Virus record (IMG/VR): IMGVR_UViG_3300017992_000021
Span: 1 to 64,000 of that record
DNA: 64,000 nt
Strand: one strand, 5' to 3'
DNA from: a virus
The position numbers were made by a program, and so were the translations under genes. The notes beneath the pieces were generated by a model that saw nothing but the letters and a program-made list of their open reading frames with translations, did not search any database and was not told the origin of the DNA. Positions 1-8,737 of this stretch are shown here, piece by piece. The stretch's first letter is position 1; each line of letters starts with the position of its first letter.

Positions 1-518
1 CATGATTCCGTTAAAGCATCACCATGCTTCGGCCAGTCACCATCCCAGAAGCCGCAACCGTGACCCTGACGTGTCAACCAGAAATCATGACCAGCGGACT
101 CGTAACCGTCCTCCGAGTCATCGATCAGTTCACCATTCTTCTCGACGAACTTCGCACAGTCGCGCTTAATAGCCGCCCACGCTCCTGCTTCAAACGGACA
201 GTCCGCGATTACAAAACCGAGATCCTGATAAGACGCATCAGTATCCTCACCGTTAAACTTGCCCGGACCTTCTGCCCAGAGCAGGCACTCGACGTAACCC
301 CTAACGAACGCATCCATTTGCTGTTCCTCTCTCAACCACTGAGTCATCAGCAGACTGTTGGCCATACGATAATCGAAAAACGCCTCTTCCATCGCATAGT
401 GCGCTTCACGAAGCGGCTTGTAATTGCCGGTCTTTTTGCACTTGCGTGCTATCGGCTTGCAAGCGTCGCGCGCTGCGAGCCATTTCCGCCGGTATTCATT
501 GACGAGTTCTTCAGTCAC
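1..518 (-). CDS. Conserved phage hypothetical protein (partial, runs off window)
   Basis: Not in the ORF track. Hand translation from GTG at 518, overlapping the upstream stop, is open to the window edge. Contains AGHDFWLTRQGHGCGFWDGDW, a motif I recognise from uncharacterised phage early proteins. Confidence 0.75.
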   Translation of the reverse strand, partial: MTEELVNEYRRKWLAARDACKPIARKCKKTGNYKPLREAHYAMEEAFFDYRMANSLLMTQWLREEQQMDAFVRGYVECLLWAEGPGKFNGEDTDASYQDLGFVIADCPFEAGAWAAIKRDCAKFVEKNGELIDDSEDGYESAGHDFWLTRQGHGCGFWDGDWPKHGDALTES

Positions 519-933
519 TTCCTGTCGATATAAGGTCGTCATCAGTTTCTTCCTCAGCCGCTTCGGCTTCCTTGGATTCATACCACGAACCCCACGAGCA
601 CACCACGAACTCATCCTCGCCGTGATCGTACAACAACGTCGTGTCGTAAGTATCACCGAGGTTGACATACGACGCCTTGCCGTAAGCGCAGTCATCAACA
701 AACCCAAGACCTTCAACACCGTGCCCGCCTATAATTTCATTAGCAGCTTCCATACGTCGTTCACAGTCCCACGGCTCGTTGTAGCACTGCGCAACCCACT
801 TTTTAACAGACGGGAATCCGTCAGGGTTAAGCTCACCATCTACAAGTAGGGCGAGTATGTACGCCTGCCAAGGCTCGATGCCTTTAATTTCACAAGCACT
901 TTTTTCGAACGCTTCAAATTCTTCGGGTGTCAT
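511..933 (-). CDS. Hypothetical acidic phage protein
   Basis: ATG at 933 with GAAGGGAG RBS; GGHGVE...YVNLGDTYDTTLLYD motif; acidic tail. Confidence 0.75.
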   Translation of the reverse strand: MTPEEFEAFEKSACEIKGIEPWQAYILALLVDGELNPDGFPSVKKWVAQCYNEPWDCERRMEAANEIIGGHGVEGLGFVDDCAYGKASYVNLGDTYDTTLLYDHGEDEFVVCSWGSWYESKEAEAAEEETDDDLISTGSD

Positions 934-974
934 TTTGTTTCTCCCTTCAATGGGTTTGAAAATCGCAACCCCCA

Positions 975-1637
975 CTAGCAAGGGTTATCGATATAACGCT
1001 CATTGAGCGATCCGTTGTCGCTCCACCGTTTTACCTCCGCAGCGTCTGGCCATTCATCTTGCATGAAGAACGCCATCAGCTTCGGAGATTTCTCCAGTGT
1101 GGTCTTAATGTTTTTGAGCGACACGTGCCTGTACATCAGATGACCAAGATTGAAGCCCAACACGTAAACACCGAACATCGGCTCAACGTATTCCTCACCG
1201 ACGCCGTTCTTGAACACGCGAGTCATCACGCGCCCGTACTGTGTTTCCTCACGTTTGTCATCAGTGTAGAATTCAATCAACACATTCGGCTGCACATGCA
1301 TGGTAGCCGCATAAAGGCAGCTATAATCAAACCAAAGGTACTCTTTACCGTCCTCCGAGGTATAGACCTCCCACAATGTGTCGTAGTTCTTACCGCTGGA
1401 ATGCGGTACGAAATACCACTCGCCGTCATCGCAGCCGAGGTAACCTTTAACCCATTCCCCCTTGCAAGAAATTTTCGCCGGTACACTGAAAGCCGTATCT
1501 GGCGCACCAGTCGTATGAGCCGTAAACAACCGCTCACTACCCGGCTTGTCCCGCACGAGCGGGACGTTCGTGACTTTCTGCAAAGTACCCCACGCGCCTA
1601 TCCGCGTGACTACCTGCTCGGATTTATTACTCGTCAT
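975..1637 (-). CDS. Hypothetical protein
   Basis: ORF coupled to its neighbours; likely start MTSNK at 1637. Confidence 0.7.
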   Translation of the reverse strand: MTSNKSEQVVTRIGAWGTLQKVTNVPLVRDKPGSERLFTAHTTGAPDTAFSVPAKISCKGEWVKGYLGCDDGEWYFVPHSSGKNYDTLWEVYTSEDGKEYLWFDYSCLYAATMHVQPNVLIEFYTDDKREETQYGRVMTRVFKNGVGEEYVEPMFGVYVLGFNLGHLMYRHVSLKNIKTTLEKSPKLMAFFMQDEWPDAAEVKRWSDNGSLNERYIDNPC

Positions 1638-2325
1638 CACCAAACCTTTCAATCAACGCTTCCCGCATGTCCTCGGAGGCTTTGCAGAGGATGTTATCCT
1701 CATCCCGCTGCGACTTGTACGACCAGTCACAACCGAGAATCACGTTCCCCTCACAATTAAGGTACACGTCGCCCTCTTCAACACGACCATCGCAGTATTC
1801 AAACGACTCAGGTTCTAATTTCCGATAATCGAAGTGCCCCTCCATACGACCTTCCGCGACCAGATTCTCGGGATACGTAGCCTCCTCGGGGAACCTACGT
1901 TTAAAGAACGCCAAACCATCAAGCAACGTTGTATCGTAAGCACTGTCATCGCTGTGATAGCCGTCATTAGAAACTACTACCTGCGTGACTTCGTTATCAT
2001 CGCAATATGCAAACCAACGCAGGCACGCTATAACGAACTCTTCTGAAATTGCTTTACCGTTGGTAGCAATATAAAAACCACCAACACCGATTTCAAAATC
2101 TTTGCACAATTTCAACGCCTGCTCCATAATCGTCACATTCAACGAGGGCTCGCCGCCGGTAAACGTGAGGTTGGAGATGTAACGCACTTGCGTAAGTAGC
2201 GCACGTAGATCACGGTATTCCAGATCCATATTTTCGGCATCGCCGCGCAGACAATGGCTACACACCATGTTGCAACGTCGAGTAACTTCAATAACAAGGT
2301 TGTATATTTCCAGTTTCTCTTTCAT
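1627..2325 (-). CDS. Radical SAM protein
   Basis: CxxxCxxC (CNMVCSHC), GGEP, ATNG and SxD motifs. Confidence 0.9.
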   Translation of the reverse strand: MKEKLEIYNLVIEVTRRCNMVCSHCLRGDAENMDLEYRDLRALLTQVRYISNLTFTGGEPSLNVTIMEQALKLCKDFEIGVGGFYIATNGKAISEEFVIACLRWFAYCDDNEVTQVVVSNDGYHSDDSAYDTTLLDGLAFFKRRFPEEATYPENLVAEGRMEGHFDYRKLEPESFEYCDGRVEEGDVYLNCEGNVILGCDWSYKSQRDEDNILCKASEDMREALIERFGDDE

Positions 2326-2540
2326 CTGATTGGGTCCTCAAATTCATAGACATCGTGCTCAAGCAAGCGACCAAGCGAGCCCACGTTGTCATCACGCACG
2401 TAATGGCACATATAAAACGCGACTGCCGCAGCCTGTCGCGGTGACAAACTATTTATAATTATCCGCACGTGCTCGCGATTCCCATTATAAAAGTCATTCA
2501 ACAAATCCCGCGCTAGCTGCATAGGTGTTGTCTTGTTCAT
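2322..2540 (-). CDS. Hypothetical protein
   Basis: ATG at 2540 after GGAGG RBS; 4-nt overlap with the next gene. Confidence 0.65.
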   Translation of the reverse strand: MNKTTPMQLARDLLNDFYNGNREHVRIIINSLSPRQAAAVAFYMCHYVRDDNVGSLGRLLEHDVYEFEDPIR

Positions 2541-2544
2541 ATTT

Positions 2545-2853
2545 TTAATCCTCCGCCAAGCGGGCCATCTCGTAAGACTCTTTCGCCTGCTCAAGTAAAT
2601 CCCGAGCTATGTCGTCGAACTTATTTTCCCTACGACCGATCAAACCGGCACCCCAGAAACCGTGATGATCCTGATCATAACTAGCGTCCCCGGTTCTAAC
2701 CGCCCAGTCACCATCTTCATAGACCTGAAGTCGTACCGGCGCAGACCCGTCATCCCAGCAAAGGGGATCGTCTTTAATAGTCTCCCAGTGCTGCTCGATA
2801 TCCGCAGCCACCTTGGCTATCGCGGGCCACTTCGCTGTCATGTTTAATTTCAC
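2545..2853 (-). CDS. Hypothetical acidic protein
   Basis: GTG start after GGAG; VRTGDASYDQDHHGFWGAG motif. Confidence 0.7.
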   Translation of the reverse strand: MKLNMTAKWPAIAKVAADIEQHWETIKDDPLCWDDGSAPVRLQVYEDGDWAVRTGDASYDQDHHGFWGAGLIGRRENKFDDIARDLLEQAKESYEMARLAED

Positions 2854-2947
2854 GTTTGCTCTCCAATTTTAAAAGGCGCCGCCGCATAGCAGCCGCGCGC
2901 TTCCGTTCGAAGCGACGTATTTCACGCCGTAATTGTCGTTTGGTCAT
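2774..2947 (-). CDS. Small Arg-rich protein (57 aa)
   Basis: Hand translation MTKRQLRREIRRFERKRAAAMRRRLLK...; ATG directly after the upstream TAA, with GGAGG RBS; overlaps the next gene by 80 nt. Confidence 0.5.
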   Translation of the reverse strand: MTKRQLRREIRRFERKRAAAMRRRLLKLESKREIKHDSEVARDSQGGCGYRAALGDY

Positions 2948-3223
2948 TTAAGCCCTCCGAGGTAACAGCACGCCGCCATCAACAGCGAGCTTTGCTTGAA
3001 GCTCCTTAACCTGCCTGTTGGCCTTGTTACGCCGGGCAACGGCGTTCTGTACTAGGGCCAGCTTGGAAGCTTCGCGCAACGTCGTATTGCCATTGCTGAA
3101 CATACACTCACCGCGCGCCATCTTGCGGAGCTTGTCATTGCTCACGCGGTTCTTACGCAATAGGCGCGTAGCTTGTACAACGTCGATCGCGTTGTCAGAG
3201 ATAATCCTGAGAACTGTGTTCAT
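2948..3223 (-). CDS. Basic hypothetical protein
   Basis: ATG at 3223 after AAGGAAGG RBS; Arg/Lys-rich, helical. Confidence 0.7.
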   Translation of the reverse strand: MNTVLRIISDNAIDVVQATRLLRKNRVSNDKLRKMARGECMFSNGNTTLREASKLALVQNAVARRNKANRQVKELQAKLAVDGGVLLPRRA

Positions 3224-3296
3224 GGTAAATCCTTCCTTTAATGGATTCGGAAATGGTTTGATGCCCAATTTTCGTACCTCTCACATGAAAGGCACG

Positions 3297-3326
3297 AAAG
3301 AAGGGCACCACTGACAAATGGTGCCC
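3297..3326 (-). terminator. Putative intrinsic terminator at the 3' end of the structured RNA
   Basis: GGGCACCA-loop-TGGTGCCC followed by TTCTTT on the minus strand. Confidence 0.55.
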
Positions 3327-3995
3327 AACCATGACCGTCATCGCCTAGTATTTCAAGACGCCCCACCAGTGACGCTTATCCGTTTGATTTCGCGTCCTCA
3401 CTTTTAATATCGACGTGACCCAACTCGCTTGGATAACGTCTCGGGAGTTTTTCATTTCACCGCCTCGGGCGTACTCCGCACCCTGCACGGTATAAGCTGC
3501 GATTCCTGCCGCCTTACAGGCCAGCTTTTTGCACCAGCTAACTAATTATCATCACGACAATTCGCCGCTAGAGAAATCCGCTTTAAGCAATTTGCAGCGT
3601 CCACACACCTACCTAACCGCGCATCTATCACTAGCATGCGGGATACGGGATTCCCGGCACTAAGCCGAAACAATACGCTTCCGCTTGGCGTTTGTTTAAA
3701 GCGAATTTCTGATTTCAAATAACACACCACAAGCCACCTACCGACACACCTGATAACTCCTAAGCGTACCGTCAGATATGTTTTCGGCTTTTCGCAGCCT
3801 AATTAATGCACCGCATTGAAGCCTAAATTAGTCCACAGGCGAACATCGCTACGCGTAATGGTGGCTACGCGTTAGCGTTGAATTACCTACAGGTAATTGC
3901 GCATTAAATAGTTGTCAATTAACGGGCGACTATTGAAAGCCGCGTACACTGTTGAAAGCGCACAAGGGCACACCCTCAATTGAGGGTGTGCGGCT
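3300..3995 (-). ncRNA. Putative large structured non-coding RNA (~650 nt)
   Basis: No credible ORF. At least ten stems, including a 15-bp long-range helix 3696-3710/3572-3586. Several helices pair through G-U only on the minus strand. Confidence 0.6.
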
Positions 3996-4009
3996 TCTAC
4001 GTTTTCGCG

Positions 4010-4459
4010 TTACTCCACCAATTGAGCCAGCAATTCAGAAACCTTGTCTAGTATTTCCTTTTTGCTCGACTTGGCGGCTTTTGACGGCTTGGCGGCTTTT
4101 GCCTTGCGCTGCTTGGCGGCTTTTGTTGTCGCCTTTGCTTTGCGAGGCTGGAAAGCATTAAGAGTTTTCCGCGTTGAGGCGGCTTTCATCTTGAACGTTC
4201 CCGCTACCGTTTTGGCGGCTTTACGGAAATCCGCAATCAACGTTTTATCGGACTTGGCGGCTTCACCACGTGCCCGCTTGTCGATTCGGCAATCCGCGAA
4301 GAAAGCCAAACGCTTTACGTTTGAACGTTTTTCTGTATACCGAAAACCGTTTACCGACATATTGCGCTTGATTTGCGCTTGGCGGTTTTCGCTTTCGATA
4401 TTATCGAAGAAAACCCAAACATAAGCACGTTCCGTCAGCATCGTGCATTTATTCGACAT
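4010..4459 (-). CDS. Basic protein with Lys/Ala-rich (histone H1-like) C-terminal region
   Basis: ATG at 4459 after AAAGG RBS; KAAK repeats. Confidence 0.75.
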   Translation of the reverse strand: MSNKCTMLTERAYVWVFFDNIESENRQAQIKRNMSVNGFRYTEKRSNVKRLAFFADCRIDKRARGEAAKSDKTLIADFRKAAKTVAGTFKMKAASTRKTLNAFQPRKAKATTKAAKQRKAKAAKPSKAAKSSKKEILDKVSELLAQLVE

Positions 4460-4566
4460 TAGTAAACCTTTCTTTACTATTGCCCGCACGTGCCTTGCTT
4501 GCACAAGACGCGTGCAAGCGAAACGATAAGCTAAGATAAATGACAAATAACTTTCAACCACGCATA

Positions 4567-4594
4567 ACTATAACTTGGTACTAACACCAAGCAA
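4567..4594 (-). promoter_or_regulatory. Sigma70-type early promoter with overlapping palindromic operator
   Basis: TTGCTT-N16-TATAGT on the minus strand; CTTGGT-N6-ACCAAG inverted repeat (4574-4591) lies across the spacer; AT-rich upstream. Confidence 0.5.
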
Positions 4595-4747
4595 GCAAAA
4601 AACATAATTTATTTCTAATATTGTACAGAAATACAGTATAAAATTACTCCAAAAAATCAGCTAAAAACCCCTATTTTCTAGGGTTTTCGGGGTATTTTTG
4701 GGTATTTTTTAACGGTATTTTGTAACGCAAAAACGCATAAAATATTT

Positions 4748-4845
4748 CTGCAAATTCGCTGCAAATCCTCTGCAAAAATCAACGCGAATCCGCTGCAAAT
4801 TCTCTGCAAATGTTCTGCAAATTCTCTGCAGACGTTTTGCAGAAA
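4748..4845. repeat. 11-bp-period tandem array with CTGCAAA core
   Basis: Cores at 4748, 4759, 4770, 4793, 4804, 4815, 4826 and 4837 (degenerate unit near 4781), in AT-rich intergenic DNA. Confidence 0.85.
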
Positions 4846-4929
4846 ACCACGAATACTGTACAAAAATACAATATTTGAAGGCGCCAGAAAATACGCCCTT
4901 AAATGCCGCCAAGGAAATGGGTATTGTTA

Positions 4930-5928
4930 CTACTCGAACAGCCAGTCTGGAACGCTGGCTTCACGAAGGACGTCCTGCCGCTCGCTAACGGCGAGGTCAT
5001 TCCAGTCCTTACCCTTAGGAACGCGCGCTATCACGCAGTCCTTACCAGCGCCGCGCAACGCGCGACACGTCTTGACGGACTCCGCACGGGCATCCTCGTC
5101 ATGCCCGAGTATCAACCGCTTGCAAGGGTGCGATAGCAGCATACCTAACTGTACGCCGTCCGACTTCATAGCCTTGCCGAACGTAGCCACTGCGGCAAAG
5201 CCTGCCTGCTCCACAGACCACGCATTGAACACACCCTCAACAACCACCAGTTCATCAACGTAAGCCCAGCGGTCGTAATTGTAGATCAAGTCCGATCTAC
5301 CGAACGGCACCTCATCGTTGCGCGGGTTCAGGTACTTCAGCTTAGGATCGAACCGCTTGCCGTGATCCCACGCTTGGAAAAACACAAACTTCCCATCACG
5401 AAATACAGGCAGGCAGGTACGGTCGCGGTACTTACCCTCAACAAAGTACCCCACCCGCATGTCCTGAATCATCTCCAGCGAGAAGCGGCGGTCCAACACG
5501 GCGGTCAGGCTTTCCTGCGCGATGTCGTAATACGCCTGACACCAGTAAGTGTCCGCAGACATCACGCCATGCCAGTAAAGTCCCTCCGGATTAATGCTCT
5601 GGATCTCGTTGGCGACGACTTCCCGCTCGGCATTGCGCTGAGCGACTTCAGCGAAGACATCTTCGATTCGCGATGGTGGTGGACGGTACGCGCCTTCCTC
5701 AACGCCCAGCATCTTCCGGGCGGCCTCATAGGTGATGTCTTCTTCTTCCATCACCATTTTGAAACCGCTGCCGGTCTCGCCACACCGGTAACACAAGTAG
5801 ACGTTCTTGTCGTCGTTGTACCACAGCTTTTGTTCTGCCGCGCAGAACGGGCAATCGAACACATGCTCATCACCAGAAGTATACCGGTGGTTCAGGTTCT
5901 CATTTGCCCAGTCCAGTATTTGCTGCAA
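4930..5928 (-). CDS. DNA primase (Zn finger + TOPRIM)
   Basis: CPFC...CYRC zinc-binding domain; KYLN; VVEGVFNA; DEDA; KDWND. Confidence 0.9.
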   Translation of the reverse strand: MQQILDWANENLNHRYTSGDEHVFDCPFCAAEQKLWYNDDKNVYLCYRCGETGSGFKMVMEEEDITYEAARKMLGVEEGAYRPPPSRIEDVFAEVAQRNAEREVVANEIQSINPEGLYWHGVMSADTYWCQAYYDIAQESLTAVLDRRFSLEMIQDMRVGYFVEGKYRDRTCLPVFRDGKFVFFQAWDHGKRFDPKLKYLNPRNDEVPFGRSDLIYNYDRWAYVDELVVVEGVFNAWSVEQAGFAAVATFGKAMKSDGVQLGMLLSHPCKRLILGHDEDARAESVKTCRALRGAGKDCVIARVPKGKDWNDLAVSERQDVLREASVPDWLFE

Positions 5929-5939
5929 GATACCTCCAA

Positions 5940-6491
5940 TTAAAAGGGTGGCGGTGTGTCGTAATTCGGCGGTTCAGGAATATCACCCCACGCCCGATGC
6001 GGGACGCACCGGCCAAGCTCGCGGTTCTCTTCGAGGATCGCCTTAGATTTACCAAGGTGCGCTTCGAGCGCCTTCCAACGTACGAAATAATAACTATACA
6101 ACGGCGCGTTATGCCTGCCGCCAACTACTACGCGAAGCTTGAGACCATCTTCCTTGATTACGGTCATGAGATCCTGAGCTTTAATGAAGAAGAACTTCAG
6201 TTGTCGCTCGAATGCCTCAGGGATCGTGTACTTGCAGCCTTTCTTACCGTACTTCTGCCATTTGTGTCGCCGATAAACACAGATGACGTACACCTTGTTC
6301 GGCGGCAGATTACGATCTAACTGCGGCTGCTTAATCACCACGCGGTAATAGTCGTGGCAGGCAGCTTTAATCTCAACGTACGGCTCCTCCAAACCGAACA
6401 GGTATTTCACCATGTCTTCGGCGAGTTTACCCGAGGTATGGGAGCCTTTGGTGGTCTTAGCGTAGTATTCCTGATCCCGCTTGTACGTCAT
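5940..6491 (-). CDS. Hypothetical protein
   Basis: ATG at 6491 with GAGG RBS; lies between helicase and primase. Confidence 0.65.
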   Translation of the reverse strand: MTYKRDQEYYAKTTKGSHTSGKLAEDMVKYLFGLEEPYVEIKAACHDYYRVVIKQPQLDRNLPPNKVYVICVYRRHKWQKYGKKGCKYTIPEAFERQLKFFFIKAQDLMTVIKEDGLKLRVVVGGRHNAPLYSYYFVRWKALEAHLGKSKAILEENRELGRCVPHRAWGDIPEPPNYDTPPPF

Positions 6492-6493
6492 AA

Positions 6494-7891
6494 CTACCTC
6501 CCTAGAAATGCGAGCGGGCCAGTAGCCTGCGTCTGCGGCATCGGGTAAGCACCCCAACCCGCCTGCATCTCTTTCTCTTCGAGGTAGGCCAGCACGTAAT
6601 CAATCGCATACGGGATCTCAATGAACTTCTCACCGATGCGGTTCTTGGCCATGTAGAAACGCATGGCACCGCTGCGATGCTCCTGCTCTGTCTGGCACAA
6701 AGCGATGATCACATCGGCGATAGCCGCCTTCTCAAAACACTCGGCGAGATCAGTGATCGTCACCTTATCCTTGGTCGCACCCTTGCGGTTAGTCTGAGTC
6801 GCGGTGATCAGCGCGAAGTTCATCTCGACGGCCATGCCGCGCAACATCGTGTAAATCTCTGCGAGTTCCTCGTACCGCTTATCCTTAGCTCGGGCGCTAC
6901 GCATCAAATCCGCGTAGTCAAGTACGACCACATCCACCGGCGCACCCCACAGGTGCTCGATGCGTCGCAAGAACATGTAAAGCTCCTCGACGGTTAACCT
7001 ACCTGTCGGGAACTGCTTACACATCAGACGGCAGTCGTTGCCGCCCAAGTAATGAAGCCACTGGTTGAGGTGCGCCCCGTGCGTCAGAAATTCGTGAGGC
7101 TTGATGCCGGTAAGGCACGCCATGATCTTCTGAACGATGAGCTTCTCATCCTGCTCAAGCGTGATGTGGACGACCTTCTTGCCCTGCTTCAACAAGTTAG
7201 CCGTGAACGAAGCCATCACGGTGGTCTTGCCTGTATTCGGCGGGGCCTCAATGACGAGCATTTCCTTGCGACCTACACCGCCGCTGAGCGTCTTGTCGAG
7301 CTTGTCCAGACCGATAGGCAGGCAGTCGCGCTTGACTTCCGTAGTCAGATAGTTGTAAGTCCAGCCAAGATCGTACAACAGATCCACGCCGCCTGCGGTG
7401 AGATCCACGCCGATGCTGGAAATCTCGTTTAACCGCTCGATGTAGGTGGACTCACTTACCGGCTTGTTTTGATCGATGCGTTCCTTGATCTCTACAAGCA
7501 TTGACCTGACAGCCTGCGTCTTTGTCCAGCCGTAAATGTGCTCGCGAACGAAGTCCGCTTCGGGAACATACTCGTTGAAGAGAGTGCTGCGTAGATGCGT
7601 GATGCCTTGGTAAGCGATCTGCTGTTCATTCTCAGGCCGTCTACTAATGTAGTCCTGAGACCAATAATCAAACACGCCGATAGGTATAGCGTAGTTGTAC
7701 TGGTCGTGGAAAGCGTAAGCCCATGAGACGGCTTGTTGCAGGTAGGCGCCGCCTATCTGATCACCGGCGAAGAACTCAGGGGGAAGCGAGTGCCGCACTT
7801 GCGACAAGAAGAACGCATCCTGCAGGATGAGCTTCGCAACCGACAGCGAAAACGTCGGCGGTAGTTGTTCAGGCGCGAGATAGCTCGGCAT
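6494..7891 (-). CDS. DnaB/gp41-like replicative helicase
   Basis: Walker A APPNTGKT; ITLE; VVLDYADL; TATQTNR; KNR. Confidence 0.92.
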   Translation of the reverse strand: MPSYLAPEQLPPTFSLSVAKLILQDAFFLSQVRHSLPPEFFAGDQIGGAYLQQAVSWAYAFHDQYNYAIPIGVFDYWSQDYISRRPENEQQIAYQGITHLRSTLFNEYVPEADFVREHIYGWTKTQAVRSMLVEIKERIDQNKPVSESTYIERLNEISSIGVDLTAGGVDLLYDLGWTYNYLTTEVKRDCLPIGLDKLDKTLSGGVGRKEMLVIEAPPNTGKTTVMASFTANLLKQGKKVVHITLEQDEKLIVQKIMACLTGIKPHEFLTHGAHLNQWLHYLGGNDCRLMCKQFPTGRLTVEELYMFLRRIEHLWGAPVDVVVLDYADLMRSARAKDKRYEELAEIYTMLRGMAVEMNFALITATQTNRKGATKDKVTITDLAECFEKAAIADVIIALCQTEQEHRSGAMRFYMAKNRIGEKFIEIPYAIDYVLAYLEEKEMQAGWGAYPMPQTQATGPLAFLGR

Positions 7892-8528
7892 CGCGAATCT
7901 TTCTTACCATCTCACGGTACTCAAGATTACGTGCCATCTCATTCAGTACGTCCGCCACAGGACCGCAATACGCGCCATGAACCTTCCGGCTAATGAGCAG
8001 CTTCAGAAAATGCGTATCCGTGGCAAGGAACTCGGGTGAAAGTGACGGCCCCGACATCAGGAGTGCCTGATCATAGTCCTTGAAAATCCGCAAGTGCTGA
8101 CGGAAGGCGTCAATACTTGCGGCCATCTTGGTGCGCAGAACATCTGCACACGTTTGGTTTGTGTGTATGGTGGTCTCGGCTGGCTTCTCTCCACGTATCT
8201 CCAGATACTTTTCCATCGCTGCTACAGAAAGAAGCCAGTTCGGGCCGAGACGCGGACTCTTCTCAGGTACGAGAGTCCGCACGTAGTCTTTGCACCTGAT
8301 GCCGGTCAAGCGACACCAGTCGAACAATCGTTTGAAGACGGTGTAGTGCTTGCGCTTTGTAAGCGGCACCCGCCTGTTGAAGATGTAGTACGGCTTGCCG
8401 CCCCGGATCTCTTTGACGCGATCCTCGTAGGTACGCATCAGTTCATCGATGGCGTGTCCTTCAAGTTCAGATGGGACTTCAGCTAAGGCCACTGCTTGCG
8501 GCATACTCGCCCTCGTTCCTGTTCTCAC
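7869..8528 (-). CDS. Hypothetical protein (helicase-loader position)
   Basis: First gene of the helicase-primase operon; function inferred from position only. Confidence 0.6.
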   Translation of the reverse strand: MRTGTRASMPQAVALAEVPSELEGHAIDELMRTYEDRVKEIRGGKPYYIFNRRVPLTKRKHYTVFKRLFDWCRLTGIRCKDYVRTLVPEKSPRLGPNWLLSVAAMEKYLEIRGEKPAETTIHTNQTCADVLRTKMAASIDAFRQHLRIFKDYDQALLMSGPSLSPEFLATDTHFLKLLISRKVHGAYCGPVADVLNEMARNLEYREMVRKIRDAELSRA

Positions 8529-8658
8529 CTTGTGACGGCAGTCCTATCTACGATCAAGCCCAGAATCTTCGATCGCAAGGAATATAAAGGCCCCGTAGGC
8601 CGTCACGTCTACGGGGCCTGTCCCGTACCACACTGGGGAACCCCCGTGCGGTCGTAAG

Positions 8659-8737
8659 AAGATAAGGCTCTGCAGACATGCTGTCAACTGTTTTATCAGA
8701 AAAACAGTTGACAGCCCCCGGCTGGCCGGTGTACCCT
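8659..8737. promoter_or_regulatory. Back-to-back sigma70-type promoters sharing a perfect 14-bp inverted repeat
   Basis: CTGTCAACTGTTTT-atcaga-AAAACAGTTGACAG (8681-8714). Minus strand TTGACA-N17-TATCTT; plus strand TTGACA-N18-TACCCT. Confidence 0.7.

Noticed and set aside
3542-3730. 62-aa ORF inside the structured region
   Set aside because: No convincing RBS and it coincides with the paired stems; probably incidental
3300-3995. tmRNA, RNase P RNA, tRNA or group II intron identity
   Set aside because: No T-arm or CCA end, no GAGGAAAGUCC, no domain V motif seen
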